NCBI GenBank assembly: GCA_005223085.1
Contig: NJBP01000004.1
Coordinates: 855-64,854 of the forward strand
Origin: Candidatus Aerophobetes bacterium Ae_b3b
GTDB lineage: Bacteria; Aerophobota; Aerophobia; Aerophobales; AE-B3A
DNA: 64,000 bases
Reading direction: 5' to 3'
A program made the position numbers and the translations under genes. The notes beneath the pieces were generated by a model, which was not told where the DNA came from, made no database searches, and was given only the letters and a program-made list of their open reading frames with translations. Positions 36,553 through 45,638 of the stretch are shown in pieces. Numbering within the stretch: the stretch's first letter is position 1; each line of letters starts with the position of its first letter.

Positions 36553-38094
36553 ATGAAAAGAAACAAAGTGATACTTGGTGCGGTGGTGACATTGGCGGCT
36601 CTATTGCTAGTGTCTGTGGGAGTGGCTCCAGTATTTTGCTACACCGCCGCCCAGGAAAAATATTTTCCCCGGGTAGATCGGAAAATGTCCCCGTTCTTAA
36701 TGGCCCGGTGGGGAATTGTCCCTGGATATCAATTCCCCAACGATTGGGTCAAGACAGTGGATTGGTCAGAGATTAAGAAAAAATACGGCGGAACTACGGT
36801 GACTATGGCCATTCAGGGACACGATGTTTCCGCCCCGGAGATGTTCAAAAAGGACTTCGAGGCCCTTTCCGGAATTAAGGTCGAGCTATACGGTGTTCCC
36901 TCAGAAGAGTTCACTGAGAAACTGCTGGTGGAATTCCTTGCCGGGACTGCCAAATACGACACCGTGGAGTACTACCAGGGCGACACCGGAATGTTCATTC
37001 CCTATCTAGCTGATCTAGCTCCGTATGTGACCAAATTTAAATATACGGACATCAAGGATATTCACCCAGTTTATTTCTGGATTCACTCACTCCGCGACGG
37101 CAGAATAGTCGCCCTCCCCTTTGATAGTGACTGTCGATTACTGCATTATCGCCCCAAGATGCTGGCACTGGCCGGATATGATCGACCACCCAAAACCTGG
37201 ACAGAAACCCTCGAGTACTGCAAAAAGCTAGAGCAGGCACTACCCGAGGGAACATATGCCATTGGATTCCCGGGATCTCGTCATTTTGGGGCTCTCAAGG
37301 CCTGGATGGATATTGCCGGTTCTGAAGGGGTAGAGTTCTTTACCGAAGGCTGGAAGGTAGCTCTTAACACTCCCGACGGAGTGGGAGCTCTCAGGACAAT
37401 GATGGAGCTTTCCAAGTACGCACCTCCGGGTCTAAAGAACTGGGGCTACTCTGAGTGTCGGGAAGCCTGGTTGGGCGGAAAAATGGCTATGGTCCAGCAG
37501 TGGCAGTGCGTGGGAAGACAAATGTACGATCCCGAACTCTCTGAGTTCGCTCTGGAAGATCCGCGCCCGGAAAGTGCTCCCTTACCTCAGGGAACCGGGC
37601 CCAATGCTCGAGAGGCCTACAGTGTCGTTCAGGGATCCTCTGCAAGTTTGACTGAAGTTAGCAAAAACAAGGAAGCAGCTGCCATCTGGCTTTTCTTCCT
37701 CAATGGAACGGAAACCCAGTTCGTCTATTCTATCTCCGGTACCGGAGTCGAGACAGGCTCCAGGAAGGTTCTGGAGAATCCCGTCTATCAGAAAGGATTC
37801 CCTCCCGCCAAAGCTTGGCTCTATGAGCTGGACTATGCCAATGCTGAACAGCTATGGATTTCAGAATGGTCAACTCTGGAATCGTTAGGTACGATGATTG
37901 TCAACTATGGACTGGTGGGAGAATATACTCCTGAAAAAGCCATGGAGATTTTAGAGAAGAGGTGGACCCAAGTTATGAAACGGGCTGGATACTATCTGCC
38001 GGGAGCACCACCGGTACCCAGCGCCTACTGGCCAGAAATCAGGGATGCGTTTATTGAGAAAGTCAACGAGCTCTTCGATAGTCTCGGAGTATAA
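36553..38094 (+). CDS. ABC transporter extracellular solute-binding protein (carbohydrate, family 1 type)
   Basis: Signal/anchor peptide MKRNKVILGAVVTLAALLLVS. 513 aa. Followed by two MalF/MalG-type permeases. Confidence 0.8.
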   Translation: MKRNKVILGAVVTLAALLLVSVGVAPVFCYTAAQEKYFPRVDRKMSPFLMARWGIVPGYQFPNDWVKTVDWSEIKKKYGGTTVTMAIQGHDVSAPEMFKKDFEALSGIKVELYGVPSEEFTEKLLVEFLAGTAKYDTVEYYQGDTGMFIPYLADLAPYVTKFKYTDIKDIHPVYFWIHSLRDGRIVALPFDSDCRLLHYRPKMLALAGYDRPPKTWTETLEYCKKLEQALPEGTYAIGFPGSRHFGALKAWMDIAGSEGVEFFTEGWKVALNTPDGVGALRTMMELSKYAPPGLKNWGYSECREAWLGGKMAMVQQWQCVGRQMYDPELSEFALEDPRPESAPLPQGTGPNAREAYSVVQGSSASLTEVSKNKEAAAIWLFFLNGTETQFVYSISGTGVETGSRKVLENPVYQKGFPPAKAWLYELDYANAEQLWISEWSTLESLGTMIVNYGLVGEYTPEKAMEILEKRWTQVMKRAGYYLPGAPPVPSAYWPEIRDAFIEKVNELFDSLGV

Positions 38095-38133
38095 CGACTT
38101 CGCTTCATCGCCACAGGAACCACTGTAAAAAGA

Positions 38134-38160
38134 GGGGCCCAGTTTCTGCAGCTGGGCCCC
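38134..38160 (+). other. intercistronic 9-bp GC-rich stem-loop between SBP and permease genes
   Basis: GGGGCCCAG-tttctgcag-CTGGGCCCC. Confidence 0.5.
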
Positions 38161-38182
38161 AGAACCAAGAAGGTGTCTTATA

Positions 38183-39067
38183 GTGAAGAAGCTTAAGTGG
38201 AGAAAACTTCTGGTTATCCTGGCCCTGCTGGGCCCAGCCATGGCTATGTTCATAGGACTTACCGTCTATCCTTTCATCAAAAACCTCATCTGGAGTACTA
38301 CCTTTTTTGTCCTCTACAAACCTACAAGCCAATACGTTTCTGCTGGTCTGGAAAACTACAAGGATATTCTGTTTGGGATTGAATTCTGGAACAGCGTCGA
38401 ATCCAGTTTAGTAATCGTTTTTGGAGCCCTGGCTATAGAGTGTTTCATTGGCCTGGGAGTCGCTCTGGTGCTAAATGAGAGGTTCCGGGGACGGGGCATT
38501 CTGAGGACTCTCTTCATTATCCCCATGGGAGTTATGCCCATAGTAGCCGGAGTGGTCTGGAAACTGATGCTCTTTCCTGGAGGGAGTCTAATTAGCGACA
38601 TCCTGGTGAAGATGCGATTGGCTTCCGGTCAGCTCGACTTCTGGGGTGATGTCCGGCTAGCCCGACTGAGTGTCATGGCGGCGGACATCTGGGGCTGGAC
38701 CCCTTTTGTGGGCCTTATTCTTCTGGCTGGCCTGCAGGCCATCCCCAGTGAGTTATACGATGCGGCCCAGGTGGACGGTGCCTCACAGCTGCAGAGATTC
38801 ACCCATGTGACCGCCCCCCTGCTCAAGTACGCCATAATTGTTGCTCTTATGTTTCGGGGAATGGATCTCCTTCGTCTTTTTGACACGGTGTACATGATGA
38901 CCCAGGGAGGTCCCGGATATGCTACAGAAGTCATCAGTTTCTTTATCTACCGAAAAGGCTTTTCGGAGTTTGGTGTGGGATACGCGGCTGCTACGTCGGT
39001 CATAGTATTCGTGGTAATCTTCGTCATAGCTCAAATTACGGTGCGCAAGTCCGGTATTGCTGCCTGA
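38183..39067 (+). CDS. carbohydrate ABC transporter permease (MalF/UgpA-like)
   Basis: GTG start, six TM segments, and the EAA-loop region ELYDAAQVDGASQLQRFTHVTAPLL. Confidence 0.85.
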   Translation: MKKLKWRKLLVILALLGPAMAMFIGLTVYPFIKNLIWSTTFFVLYKPTSQYVSAGLENYKDILFGIEFWNSVESSLVIVFGALAIECFIGLGVALVLNERFRGRGILRTLFIIPMGVMPIVAGVVWKLMLFPGGSLISDILVKMRLASGQLDFWGDVRLARLSVMAADIWGWTPFVGLILLAGLQAIPSELYDAAQVDGASQLQRFTHVTAPLLKYAIIVALMFRGMDLLRLFDTVYMMTQGGPGYATEVISFFIYRKGFSEFGVGYAAATSVIVFVVIFVIAQITVRKSGIAA

Positions 39068-39078
39068 GAGGTCTAAAT

Positions 39079-39909
39079 GTGAAGAGAATAAACATACCTA
39101 AAACCATCGGCATTTGTCTGGTAGTCCTCTACGTTGTGGCGGCTCTAATTCCAGTCTACTGGGTGGTTACCACCGCCTTTAAACCCCGGATAGAAGTGTA
39201 TACCTTTCCGGTGAAGTATATACCTTCCTCTTTCACCTGGGAGCCAGCTCATAATTCCCTTACCCAGCGGCCAACCATGAGTTTCCTCCGAAACAGTCTC
39301 TTTGCTGCAGTCGGCGCTACTATTCTCGCTCTGGCGCTGGGAGTGCCAGCTGCCTATGCCCTAGCCCGAGAGAAATTCCCGGGAAGGAAGGATATAGCCT
39401 TTTTTATCTTGACCACCAGAATGTTCCCTCCGGTAACTATTTGCATCCCCATCTACTTTATTATTAGGAATGTAGGGTTGTTGGATAGGCTCGCCGGTTT
39501 GATAATCGTATACGCCATGTTTAACCTGGCTATCATCATTTGGGTAATGAAGGGATACATTCAACAGGTGCCGGTGGAAATTGAGGAAAGTGCCAGGGTA
39601 GATGGTTGCACCAAACTGGGGGCTTTTATCAGAATCACCCTGCCTCTGCTTGCCCCCGGAATGGCTGCGGTAGCAATTATTTCTCTGGTATTGTCGTGGA
39701 ACGAATTCCTCTACGCTCTCATACTTACTCATTCGCCGGCTGCCAAAACCTTGCCGGTGGGAATTGCTGAATTCATTGGCGGTGCCTACGGCATTCTCTG
39801 GGGTGAAATCTGCTTCCTTGGTACTGTAGCCATTATCCCTATGATCGTGCTCATTATGGTGGTTCAGAAATACATCGTCCGCGGTTTGACTATGGGCGCC
39901 ATAAGATAA
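39079..39909 (+). CDS. carbohydrate ABC transporter permease (MalG/UgpE-like)
   Basis: GTG start and the EAA-loop region EIEESARVDGCTKLGAFIRITLPLLAPG. Confidence 0.85.
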   Translation: MKRINIPKTIGICLVVLYVVAALIPVYWVVTTAFKPRIEVYTFPVKYIPSSFTWEPAHNSLTQRPTMSFLRNSLFAAVGATILALALGVPAAYALAREKFPGRKDIAFFILTTRMFPPVTICIPIYFIIRNVGLLDRLAGLIIVYAMFNLAIIIWVMKGYIQQVPVEIEESARVDGCTKLGAFIRITLPLLAPGMAAVAIISLVLSWNEFLYALILTHSPAAKTLPVGIAEFIGGAYGILWGEICFLGTVAIIPMIVLIMVVQKYIVRGLTMGAIR

Positions 39910-40589
39910 ACAGCGTGGTTTCGCCCATAGATTCTAAGACCCCAGTCGAGAGTACCGTGCTCCAGTCATCCCTCGCGGGCTCCCCCATCTTGCGCTAATT
40001 ATGTTCCCGTATAGGAAACTCAATAATTTGAAAGAAATAGGTGTAATAAAAGGCGACTTGAGAACCAAGTTGATAGGTGAAAATGAGCTAGAATTTCCAA
40101 GGAAAACAGGAATTTTTATAAAGCGAGGTTAAAGAAAAAAGAAAAATTCAAAAATTTCTCAAGATAACGGCTGGATCTTTGATAATTAAGGAAAAAAGCT
40201 GTACCCGGCCTTCAAGGAGTTGAGTTTCTTTTCCTAAAGGCGAGTGGATGTGTAAAGGTAATCTGGAATACTTGTGTTTATAAAAGGATAAAAGCCTTTC
40301 TCTCGGTTTAGGGAATGGCCTCTGGAATCTTGAATTAGTTAAAAAATTGATCTTTTGCATTTTCCGGAAGACCTCTCTTATGGAAAAGTCTGCAGGTCTT
40401 TTGGAGCCATTGTACACACCATAGGGGGAGAAGAGATGTTAGATATGGGTTTAGTGGACTGACACACTTAGGAGTTGAAATGAATTTGGGTGAGTTGAAA
40501 ACCTGCCTATAACCGGCAAAATCAGTTCTTGAATTGGCTAATCATTAATGCATAGATTCTGAACAGAAGAGACGAAAGGAGGCATTTGC

Positions 40590-41873
40590 GTGGCTAGATT
40601 TGATCCGATTGTTTTCTCTTCCTGGGAGGGACTCCATCAGGAAAACTATTTGATAGCCATGTATTTTATGGAGGTGGAGGCTAGCGTAGATCCAGTAGAG
40701 TTGGGTGTAGAGATCGCAGTGGACCAGACTACTGGCACCTGGACTGCCGTACCAGCCGAAACACCGGAAGTCCGTCGTCACCATATGGCCAAGTTGATAG
40801 CTCTTCACGAAGTTCCAAATTATGAGTTTGAGGTTCCTCAGGATACCAAGACAAGGCGCTATCTAATTCAGATAGCATTCCCTACCATAAACTTTGGACC
40901 CCAGATTCCCATGCTGTTGAGCAGTGTGTTTGGCAACTTATCGTCTCGTGGCTGGATAAAATTACTGGACCTTCAGTTTCCCAGAACCTTTCTGGAAAGT
41001 TTTCCTGGTCCAAAATTTGGAATTGAAGGATTGCGCAGGCTTCTAGGGATATGGGATAGACCAATCTTATGTAATGTTATTAAACCCTGTACTGGTATCA
41101 GTCCTGAAGTAGGAGCTGAACTTGTCTACCAGGCAGCCAGGGGAGGGGTAGATATCATTAAGGACGATGAGTTGATCGGTGATGCTCCCTTTTCTCCAAT
41201 GGTAAAGCGAGTGAAGGAATACATGTGCCGACTCAAGGAAGCCGACGAACAGAAAGGCGAAAAGACGCTATTTGCAATAAATGTTACTGACCGGCAGGAT
41301 AAGATTCGGGATAACGCTCTGAGAGCGATTGAGGCAGGGGCTAACGCACTGATGATAAGCTTTGCAACGGTCGGTTTCTCCATGGTACGAACTCTGGCAG
41401 AGGATAAGTCCATAAATGTTCCCATAATGGGGCATATGAATTTTGCCGGCGCGCTTTGCGAATCACCATGTTCAGGTGTGAGCTCCGAACTAATCTGTGG
41501 AAAGTTGGCCCGAATGGTGGGTATGGATATGGTTCTTGTTTATCCTCCTCAGAGCCGATTTCATCTCATAGAAAATAAGTTTGAGCGTGTTGTGCAGATA
41601 TTGCAGCAACCTTTTTCCAAAATAAAACCAAGCTTTCCTTTATTAGCTGGCGGTGTTCATCCGGGAATAGTTCCTGCTACTCTAGACTCAATGGGGACTG
41701 ATGTCATTATTGGCGCCGGAGGTTCTGTTCACGGTCATCCTGGTGGTGCTGTAGCCGGAGCTCGGGCTTTCCGGCAGGCCTTTGAAGCCTATTCTCGTGG
41801 CGTTGACTTGGAAGGATGGGCTCAGGATAAAGAGGAGCTGCAGCAAGCCTTGGGACTTTGGGGAACAGCATGA
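40590..41873 (+). CDS. RuBisCO-like protein (form IV RuBisCO large-subunit homolog)
   Basis: GTG start with AAAGGAGG 7 nt upstream. Motifs are VAVDQTTGTW, GNLSS, IKPCTGIS (KPK changed to KPC; Cys codon at 41088-41090), GGVDIIKDDE (KDDE retained, at the same 26-residue spacing from the KP motif as in RuBisCO), IMGHMNFAG and GAGGSVHGHPGG. Confidence 0.85.
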   Translation: MARFDPIVFSSWEGLHQENYLIAMYFMEVEASVDPVELGVEIAVDQTTGTWTAVPAETPEVRRHHMAKLIALHEVPNYEFEVPQDTKTRRYLIQIAFPTINFGPQIPMLLSSVFGNLSSRGWIKLLDLQFPRTFLESFPGPKFGIEGLRRLLGIWDRPILCNVIKPCTGISPEVGAELVYQAARGGVDIIKDDELIGDAPFSPMVKRVKEYMCRLKEADEQKGEKTLFAINVTDRQDKIRDNALRAIEAGANALMISFATVGFSMVRTLAEDKSINVPIMGHMNFAGALCESPCSGVSSELICGKLARMVGMDMVLVYPPQSRFHLIENKFERVVQILQQPFSKIKPSFPLLAGGVHPGIVPATLDSMGTDVIIGAGGSVHGHPGGAVAGARAFRQAFEAYSRGVDLEGWAQDKEELQQALGLWGTA

Positions 41874-42865
41874 GCTTGGTAGACGAAGAAGAAAAACAGC
41901 GGTCTGTTCTGGCTCCTGAGTTCTATAGAAAAATGTTAGCCGTTAGGCTATTCGAGCAGCGTGCTATTGAGCTTTACACTCGAGGAGAGATTCGGGGAGT
42001 TATTCACCCCTATATCGGTGAGGAAGCTGTAGCTGTAGGAGCGTGCGCTGTTCTCAACAATGATGACTACGTGGTTTCTACTCATCGCGGCCATGGCCAT
42101 TGCATTGCCAAAGGAGCTTCATTGGATCGGATGATGGCCGAACTTCTGGGACGTAGCAATGGCTACTGTCGAGGAAAGGGTGGTTCCATGCATCTGGCCA
42201 CCTTTGAAGTGGGAATGTTGGGTGCCATAGGTATCGTGGCAGCAGGTATTCCCATTGCTGTGGGAGCTGGACTATCAGTGAAATTGAGAAAGACTCGTCA
42301 GGTAGTAATTTGCTTTTTCGGTGATGGTGCTGTCAACCAGGGAGCATTCCATGAGGGTTTAAATATGGCTGCTGTGTGGAACTTACCGGTTGTCTTTCTG
42401 TGTGAAAATAATTTCTATGCTATCTCTACTCACGTGAGCAGAGTTTCGGCAGTAACCGAGGTGGCTCGGAGGAGTTGTGCCTATGACATTCCAGGTAAGC
42501 GAGTCGATGGCAATTCCGTATGGGCTGTCTACGAGGCGGTTCAGGAGGCAGTAGCCCGGGCTAGACATGGACATGGTCCAAGTCTCATCGAGGCTCTGAC
42601 CTACCGCCATGAAGGACATTACAAGGGAGACCCCGGTCATTATCGACCACCAGAGGAGTTAAAAAAATGGCAACGGAAGGATCCCATTAAAAAGTTAAGG
42701 AAAGAGTTACTAGCTAAAAATTGGCTGGAGCCAAAAGCACTGGAGGAACTGGAACAGGAGGTTGCCCAAGATGTACAAAGGGCCGTTGAGTTTGCCAGGA
42801 AGAGTCCCTATCCTGCAGAGGAGGAACTCACAAGCGATATATTCGGAGGAGACCATAGGAAATGA
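41870..42865 (+). CDS. ThDP-dependent dehydrogenase E1 component, alpha subunit (acetoin/pyruvate/2-oxoisovalerate dehydrogenase type)
   Basis: Motifs ...IHPYIGEEAVAVGA...STHRGHGH...GKGGSMH...GDGAVNQGAFHEGLN.A..W.LPVVF.CENN. The ATG at 41870 overlaps the RLP stop (ATGA). The listed ORF start is 41858. Confidence 0.85.
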   Translation: MSLVDEEEKQRSVLAPEFYRKMLAVRLFEQRAIELYTRGEIRGVIHPYIGEEAVAVGACAVLNNDDYVVSTHRGHGHCIAKGASLDRMMAELLGRSNGYCRGKGGSMHLATFEVGMLGAIGIVAAGIPIAVGAGLSVKLRKTRQVVICFFGDGAVNQGAFHEGLNMAAVWNLPVVFLCENNFYAISTHVSRVSAVTEVARRSCAYDIPGKRVDGNSVWAVYEAVQEAVARARHGHGPSLIEALTYRHEGHYKGDPGHYRPPEELKKWQRKDPIKKLRKELLAKNWLEPKALEELEQEVAQDVQRAVEFARKSPYPAEEELTSDIFGGDHRK

Positions 42866-43839
42866 GGGAAATTAGCTACCGAGACGCCATAAATGAGGCT
42901 TTACAAGAGGAGATGAAGCGCGATGAAAGAGTGATACTACTTGGCGAAGACATCTCGCACTATGGTGGACCTCGGCGAGTAACCTGGGGTCTTGTTGAGA
43001 GTTTTGGTGAAGACCGGGTCAGGGATACACCTATTTCAGAGAATACTATTATAGGCACGGGTCTGGGAGCCGCTATTACCGGTATGCGGCCGCTTGTGGA
43101 GATTTCGTATATAGATTTTGCTTTACTGGCTATGGATCAAATTGGTAACCAAGTAGCCAAATTATCCTATATGACCGGTGGTCAAACCAAGGTACCTTTG
43201 GTTATTCGGACCCAGGGTGGGGCTGGTGGTGGCACCGCTGCTCAGCACTCGCAGAGCTTGGAGATGCTATTTGTACATATTCCTGGGCTGAAAGTGGTAA
43301 TTCCGGCTACTCCTTATGATGCTAAGGGATTAATTAAGATGGCTATCCGGGATGATAGCCCGGTGGTCTTCATTGAACACAAGTTGCTCTATAGTACCAA
43401 GGGAATGGTTCCGGAAGAAGAGTATCTTATTCCTTTCGGTAAGGCGGCAATTCGCCGCAGTGGTTCGGATATTACCATGGTAACTTATTCGGCCATGTTG
43501 TCAGAAGTGATGGCGGCTGCTGACGTACTCCATCAGAAGGAGATAGAAGCAGAAGTGCTTGATCTGAGGACCCTTATCCCATTAGATATTGATGGTGTTC
43601 TGGCCTCGGTGAAAAAGACAGGGAGGTTACTGATAATCCATGAGGCCTCTTTGGTTGGAGGAATGGGGGCTGAAATTGCTGCCCAAGTTCAGGAACAGGC
43701 ATTTGACTATCTGGATGCCCCTGTTATCCGTCTGGGAGCAGTTCCGATACCTATTCCTTATTCAGAGTCCCTGGAGCGGCTGGTTTTTCCCAATAAAGGG
43801 AAAATAGTTACTGCTAGCCGTGCCCTAATTGTTGCTTAA
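42862..43839 (+). CDS. ThDP-dependent dehydrogenase E1 component, beta subunit
   Basis: Motifs ISYRDAINEAL.EEM.RDERV.LLGEDI...DTPISEN...AQHSQSLE...PGLKVV.PATPYDAKGL. ATGA overlap with the alpha subunit. Confidence 0.85.
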   Translation: MREISYRDAINEALQEEMKRDERVILLGEDISHYGGPRRVTWGLVESFGEDRVRDTPISENTIIGTGLGAAITGMRPLVEISYIDFALLAMDQIGNQVAKLSYMTGGQTKVPLVIRTQGGAGGGTAAQHSQSLEMLFVHIPGLKVVIPATPYDAKGLIKMAIRDDSPVVFIEHKLLYSTKGMVPEEEYLIPFGKAAIRRSGSDITMVTYSAMLSEVMAAADVLHQKEIEAEVLDLRTLIPLDIDGVLASVKKTGRLLIIHEASLVGGMGAEIAAQVQEQAFDYLDAPVIRLGAVPIPIPYSESLERLVFPNKGKIVTASRALIVA

Positions 43840-43938
43840 CCTGTGTCGGTTTGACACCCTAAAAATACTTCCCGTAAGCCACGTCGCTTGACGGCGTGGT
43901 AAGGGAGGTGTCCAGCGAAGCTGCGCTAAGTTGCTCTT

Positions 43939-44345
43939 TCAATTAGAATTCGGCAATTTGCACCAAAGACAGGAATTTGACGAGTGTCCAAAGAGGTTAT
44001 GAAGAACAAAGTTGTAAACGTTCCTAAACGCCCTCGTAGTCTCCAGAGACGAGACCCTCGCTCTAGGGAGAAGCTTCCTGAGGTTGATCACTGCTGCTGT
44101 GAGGAGAAGTTGGGTCTCCATCATAGCGAGTGACCTGGCAACCAATTGCCCGAGCACTATCAATGTACCTTTTTCGATCTGGGTAAGTGTTGGATTCTTC
44201 CTTTTTCGCACAGTAGATAATTTAGTTAGTGCGATGGCTCTTAAATCGTCTTGGTAGCTTTCTACCCCGAGGACAGATGAAAAGATCTTGCTCTATCATA
44301 ATAACAGTATATTCAGGAGCGTTGGGAAGGCAGCAAATGAATGCA
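43939..44345 (-). mobile_element. remnant of an IS1182/IS5-like transposase gene (two out-of-frame fragments, DDE core deleted)
   Basis: The fragment 44315->44223 reads EYTVIMIEQDLFICPRGRKLPRRFKSHRTN* (a y.CP.G..L zinc-ribbon-like motif of such transposases). The listed ORF 43939..44211 reads ...TQIEKGTLIVLGQLVARSLAMMETQLLLTAAVINLRKLL, matching the conserved transposase C-terminus (..vE..fg.lK...rar.rgl.k...q.lLtAaaiNl.rl). Confidence 0.5.
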
Positions 44346-44384
44346 GTATATATCAGAAACTACTAAGGGAGAGGAAGGGGGATT

Positions 44385-44409
44385 TCAAGGGGAAAGAATT
44401 TCCCCTTGA
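44385..44409. other. perfect 10-bp hairpin next to the IS remnant
   Basis: TCAAGGGGAA-agaat-TTCCCCTTGA. Confidence 0.4.
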
Positions 44410-44543
44410 TTATCTTGTACGGAGGTAAACGTCCGCTTCTAGCATTTATTCTTCTTCAGCACCGTCAAAGTGATGGGTTTTGACCTGTGAGGGGATAATA
44501 GTATGCCGATTCGCTGAGAAAACAGTGAAAGGGGTTTTTGAGG

Positions 44544-45638
44544 ATGAGACTCTTGTTGACCAGTAAACTAGAAGATGAAGACCTGAAGATATTGAGTCGC
44601 TACTTTGATGAAATAAGAATTCGTGGTCTCTACGTGCGTTCCAAGATTCTCCGGCCAGAGGAACTGGCTGCGGAGTTAGGAAATGTTGATATTCTGGTAG
44701 TAGAGTTTGATCAGGTAACACCAGAGGTATTGGATACCGCACCCAACCTGAAGTTAATAGTTTCGCTGCGGGCTGGTGCAGGCCGTAACATTAACCTGAG
44801 GGCTGCCACAGAAAGAGGCATACTGGTGGCCTGCTGTCCCGGTCGTAGCGCTGATCAGGTGGCTGATTTCACCCTGGGTGTGATAGTAGCCCTTGTCCGA
44901 CACATTGCTGAGACTCACTGTCTAATCAAGTCTCGACAGCTTACCGAGAAAAATCCCAAGCGAGAGGGCTTTGCCAAAGGTGATGTTGTCTGGATTATGA
45001 ATGATCCCCAGAACTTTAGCTTCTTGCGTTTCAAAGGACCCATATTAGCTGGTCGGACTCTGGGTATTTTGGGATTTGGTGTCATCGGCCGGGAGGTAGC
45101 CCGCCGAGCCGGAGGCTTTAAGGTAACTATGATTGCCCATGATCCCTACGTTTCACCTGAGGAAATAGCAGAATTTAGAGTAAAGCTGGTTGATTGCGAC
45201 ACTCTGTTCAGAGAGTCAGACTTTCTTACGGTGCATGTTAAGGATAGTCCTGAAACCCGTGGCTTGGCTGGAAGATATCAGTTCTCCCTGATGAAATCTA
45301 CCGCTTACTTTATCAATACGGCTCGGGGTTCCGTCGTTGACTACAATGCCTTATACGAGGTGCTGGTTAACAAGAAAATTGCCGGTGCAGCTCTGGATGT
45401 ATTCGAGGAAGAACCGCTGCCCCCTGATCACCCACTGCTGGATCTGGACAATGTCCTACTGACTCCTCACATTGCCGGGGCCAGTCCCGATTGCTATAGG
45501 GTATCCTCTCCCCTGGCGAGAAAGGCAATTGAGGACTTTCTGGCTGGTCGCAAACCGCGATTTCTGGCCAACGAGCAGGTCTGGGAACGCCGAAGGTTCA
45601 GAATCGACAAAGACAAATCAGATTACCGGGAAAATTAA
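44544..45638 (+). CDS. D-isomer-specific 2-hydroxyacid dehydrogenase (PGDH-like) with an insertion in the catalytic domain
   Basis: Motifs GILGFGVIGREVARR (GxGxxG), ...INTARG..VD..AL...L....I.GAALDVFE.EP... and LLTPHIAGAS. An alternative TTG start lies at 44538. Confidence 0.8.
   Translation: MRLLLTSKLEDEDLKILSRYFDEIRIRGLYVRSKILRPEELAAELGNVDILVVEFDQVTPEVLDTAPNLKLIVSLRAGAGRNINLRAATERGILVACCPGRSADQVADFTLGVIVALVRHIAETHCLIKSRQLTEKNPKREGFAKGDVVWIMNDPQNFSFLRFKGPILAGRTLGILGFGVIGREVARRAGGFKVTMIAHDPYVSPEEIAEFRVKLVDCDTLFRESDFLTVHVKDSPETRGLAGRYQFSLMKSTAYFINTARGSVVDYNALYEVLVNKKIAGAALDVFEEEPLPPDHPLLDLDNVLLTPHIAGASPDCYRVSSPLARKAIEDFLAGRKPRFLANEQVWERRRFRIDKDKSDYREN

Noticed and set aside
40148-40417. An 89-aa minus-strand ORF in the permease-RLP spacer.
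   Set aside because: It has no RBS and no recognisable motif, its composition resembles the surrounding non-coding DNA, and it lies opposite the operon direction. It is kept only as part of the 'long spacer' observation.
40590-41873. A bona fide CO2-fixing RuBisCO.
   Set aside because: The K177 and R295 equivalents are replaced (Cys, Met). There is no small subunit, phosphoribulokinase or carboxysome gene nearby. The sugar-catabolic context fits a form-IV RLP.
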